Of a DNA stretch of 64,000 nucleotides, positions 61,646-64,000 are shown one piece after another (the first letter of the stretch is position 1; the number at the start of each line of letters is the position of its first letter). The translations under genes and the position numbers were made by a program. The notes below the pieces were generated by a model. The model worked only from the letters and a program-made list of their open reading frames with translations. It was not told the origin of the DNA and searched no databases. The stretch is taken from positions 40,610,001 through 40,674,000 of the forward strand of contig CM060733.1 in the NCBI GenBank assembly GCA_030704615.1. The letters run 5' to 3'. Origin of the DNA: Takakia lepidozioides. Lineage: Eukaryota; Plantae; Bryophyta.

Positions 61646-63457
61646 ATTAAGGCATCGTTGACGATACCTTAATCTGGTCAGCCATTCAGATATTGAGGGT
61701 TTTCTTTCAAACATAGAGGATCACGATTAAAGCACAAGTTTCCGCTGTATACTTTGATGCAGAGAGGAACACATTCACTGGCTGTTTTTTTCTGAAACAT
61801 GGAGGACGATTAAGACATCGTTGACGATGCCTTAATCTGGCCTGTAAAATGTACGTAGAGGCATAGTTTGAGGTAGAGATGAATAGGTTTAGGGGTGGAT
61901 AGTCTGAGTAGTGAGGGGACGTTCGAAACCATAAATATGAGTGGTATTAAGGCATCGTTGACGATACCTTAATCTGGAGTGAAACCTAGTTTTCAGTGGA
62001 CTTTCAAGCAGAGATTAACAGTATCCAGGGTGGAGAGTATCAAAACTCAGTGGCTGCTTTAAACAGAAATAAGGAGGCAGATTAAGGCATCATTGACGAC
62101 ACCTTAATCTGGTCTGTCAAAAACACTTTCCAGGGATACCTTGAAGCAGATATGAACTGGATTAGTTGTGGGTAGTCTGCACCTTGACGGATGTCTTGGA
62201 CATAAATGAACATGCGAATTAAGGCATCGTTGACGATACCTTAATCTGGAGTGGAAATGTAGTTTCCGGGGATACTATGAAACAAAGAGGAACACGATCA
62301 GGGGTGGAGAATATGATCATAGAAGGGTTGTTTAAAATACAGACATGGAGGCAGATTAAGGCATCGTTGACGACACCTTAATCAGGCCTGTCAAAAACAC
62401 TTTCATGGCATACTTTGAAGCAGATATAAACATGATTAGTGGTGGGTAGTCTGCACTTTGAGGGATGTCTAGGACATAAACGAAGGAGGCAGATTAAGGC
62501 ATCGTTGACGATACCTTAATCTGGAGTGTAAAAGCAGTTTCTGGGGATACTATGAAACAGAGAGGAACACAATCAGGGGTGAAAAACCAACTCATAGAAG
62601 GGCTGTTTAAAGCAAAAATAAGGAGGCACATTAAGGCATCGTTGACGACACCTTAATCAGGCTTGTCAAAAATGCTTTCACGGCATACTTTGAAGCAGAT
62701 ATAAACAGGATTAGTGGTGGGTAGTCTGCACTTTGAGGGATGTCTAGGACATAAAAGAAGGAGGAAGATTAAGGCATCGTTGACGATACCTTAATCTGGA
62801 GTGTAAAAGCAGTTCTCGGGGATACAATGAAACAGAGAGGAACACGATCAGGGGTGGGGAATATTCTCATAGAAGGGCTGTTTTAAACAGAAATAAGGAG
62901 GCAGATTAAGGCATCATTGACAACACCTTAATCTGGCCTGTCAAAAACACTTTCCAGGCATACTTTGAAGCAGATATAAACAGGATTAGTGGTGGGTAGT
63001 CTGCACTTTAAGGGATGTCTAGTACATCAAAGAAGGAGACAGATTAAGGCATCGTTGACGATACCTTAATCTGGAGTGTAAAAGCAGTTCCTGGGGATAC
63101 TATGAAAAAGAGATGAATACGATCAGGGGTGGGGAATCTGCTCATAGAAGGGTCGTTTCAAACAGAAATAAGGAGGCAGATTAAGGCATCGTTGACGACA
63201 CCTTAATCTGCCCTGTAAAAACACTTTTCAGGCATACTTTGAAGCAGATATAAACCGGATTGGTGGTGGGTAGGGCTGTTCTAAATACAAACATGGAGGC
63301 AGATTAAGGCATCGTTGACGATATCTTAATCTGGAGTGTACAAAGTGGACTTCGATGCATAGAGGAAGAGGATCGGGTGTCGAGAGTAGTCATATTGAAT
63401 GAGTGTTTAAATCTGAAATAAGGAGGCAGATTAAGGCATCGTTGACGACACCTTATT
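61646..63457. repeat. Array of 14 palindromes (28-34 bp, cagATTAAGGCATCGTTGACGA(T/C)ACCTTAATctg) at about 137-bp period with an A/B dimeric higher-order unit
   Basis: Copies at 61646, 61809, 61946, 62081, 62218, 62355, 62493, 62630, 62768, 62905, 63043, 63180, 63303 and 63430; degenerate copies at about 61085 and 61178. Confidence 0.95.
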
Positions 63458-63502
63458 CCGTTCTGTCAAGTAGACATTGATGCTGAGGGAAAACACAAAT
63501 GA

Positions 63503-64000
63503 ATGCAGAAAAAAAGGAAGAAGGCGGGGGAAAGCCAACCTGTACAAGAGACATCTGCTCCTGATACTCAAGATGAAGACCCATCTGACAATTACGAAGA
63601 TAAAGTGCATTCACTGATGTACACCTCCAAGGTAAACTCCAGGAAGGTCATAAATTCCATGGAAGTTTGGGACGACACTCTTATGATTCCCCTATGCAGG
63701 ATGATTTCCATGCCTGCCGTTCGTCCAGCCCTGCATCATGATATCAAGAAGCTTCAGGGTGATTTCATCCATGGGTACTTGAAGGGCTCCGCAGTTTTTT
63801 ACGTTTCAGTGACAGATATCCAGGGATCGGAGAAAATGGTTGACGAAGAGATTATGACCGGTTGGGATCCACTTTGGAATGAGGTGAATTCGGAGTTTGA
63901 GGCAGAGCTTTCCTATAACCCATCTCACAGGCAGTACATGGGGAAGATGTTCTTCGTATGGGATGGTAATCACCGTTTGGTTGCTTGGATGGAATATATC
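63503..64000 (+). CDS. ParB/Srx-like domain protein, copy B (runs off window end)
   Basis: Manual translation: MQKKRKK...LMIPLCRMISMPAVRPALHHDIKKLQGDFIHGYLKGSAVFYV...GKMFFVWDGNHRLVAWMEYI, colinear with ORF 6198-6836. Confidence 0.8.
   Translation, partial: MQKKRKKAGESQPVQETSAPDTQDEDPSDNYEDKVHSLMYTSKVNSRKVINSMEVWDDTLMIPLCRMISMPAVRPALHHDIKKLQGDFIHGYLKGSAVFYVSVTDIQGSEKMVDEEIMTGWDPLWNEVNSEFEAELSYNPSHRQYMGKMFFVWDGNHRLVAWMEYI

Larger units (their letters stand above)
43632..64000. mobile_element. Mutator-like DNA transposon copy B (right part outside window), interrupted by an LTR retrotransposon at 44793-57127
   Basis: Left end GAGGGCAGC with three GTGAGC motifs. The transposase frame is restored across the LTR insertion. 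The same palindrome family occurs on both sides of the insertion. Confidence 0.75.

Noticed and set aside
61646-63457. CRISPR array or integron attC cassettes
   Set aside because: Spacers are about 105-110 bp, alternate between two related types and carry no ORFs; no cas gene or integron integrase.

Overview
Eukaryotic, intron-rich genomic DNA, most likely from a streptophyte plant (inferred from a nuclear organelle-type recA with plant-like exon structure). Host genes: a spliced recA (+, about 15.1-20.4 kb) and a multi-exon dipeptidyl peptidase III (-, 22.5-38.4 kb) with the HELLGH/EECRAE motifs. The main signal is two diverged copies (A: <1-9541; B: about 43632->64000) of a large Mutator-like DNA transposon with the same layout. 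Each has a GCM-like zinc-finger / MULE DDE transposase (C-terminal SWIM finger visible in B), a divergently oriented gene with a ParB/Srx-like domain (WDGNHR), and an array of 13-14 regularly spaced palindromes just upstream of the ParB exon, probably inside an intron. The palindrome arms differ completely between copies but share the core CGTTGACG. Copy B is split inside its SWIM exon by a young 12.3-kb Ty3/Gypsy LTR retrotransposon (4-bp TSD GTAA). Its pol carries a DNMT3-like cytosine methyltransferase between protease and RT and a C-terminal PHD finger; it also shows a probable self-priming PBS and an inverted LTR terminus. The rest is degraded LINE, SINE-like and transposase debris. Splice models and domain calls were read by eye from motifs; no searches were run.
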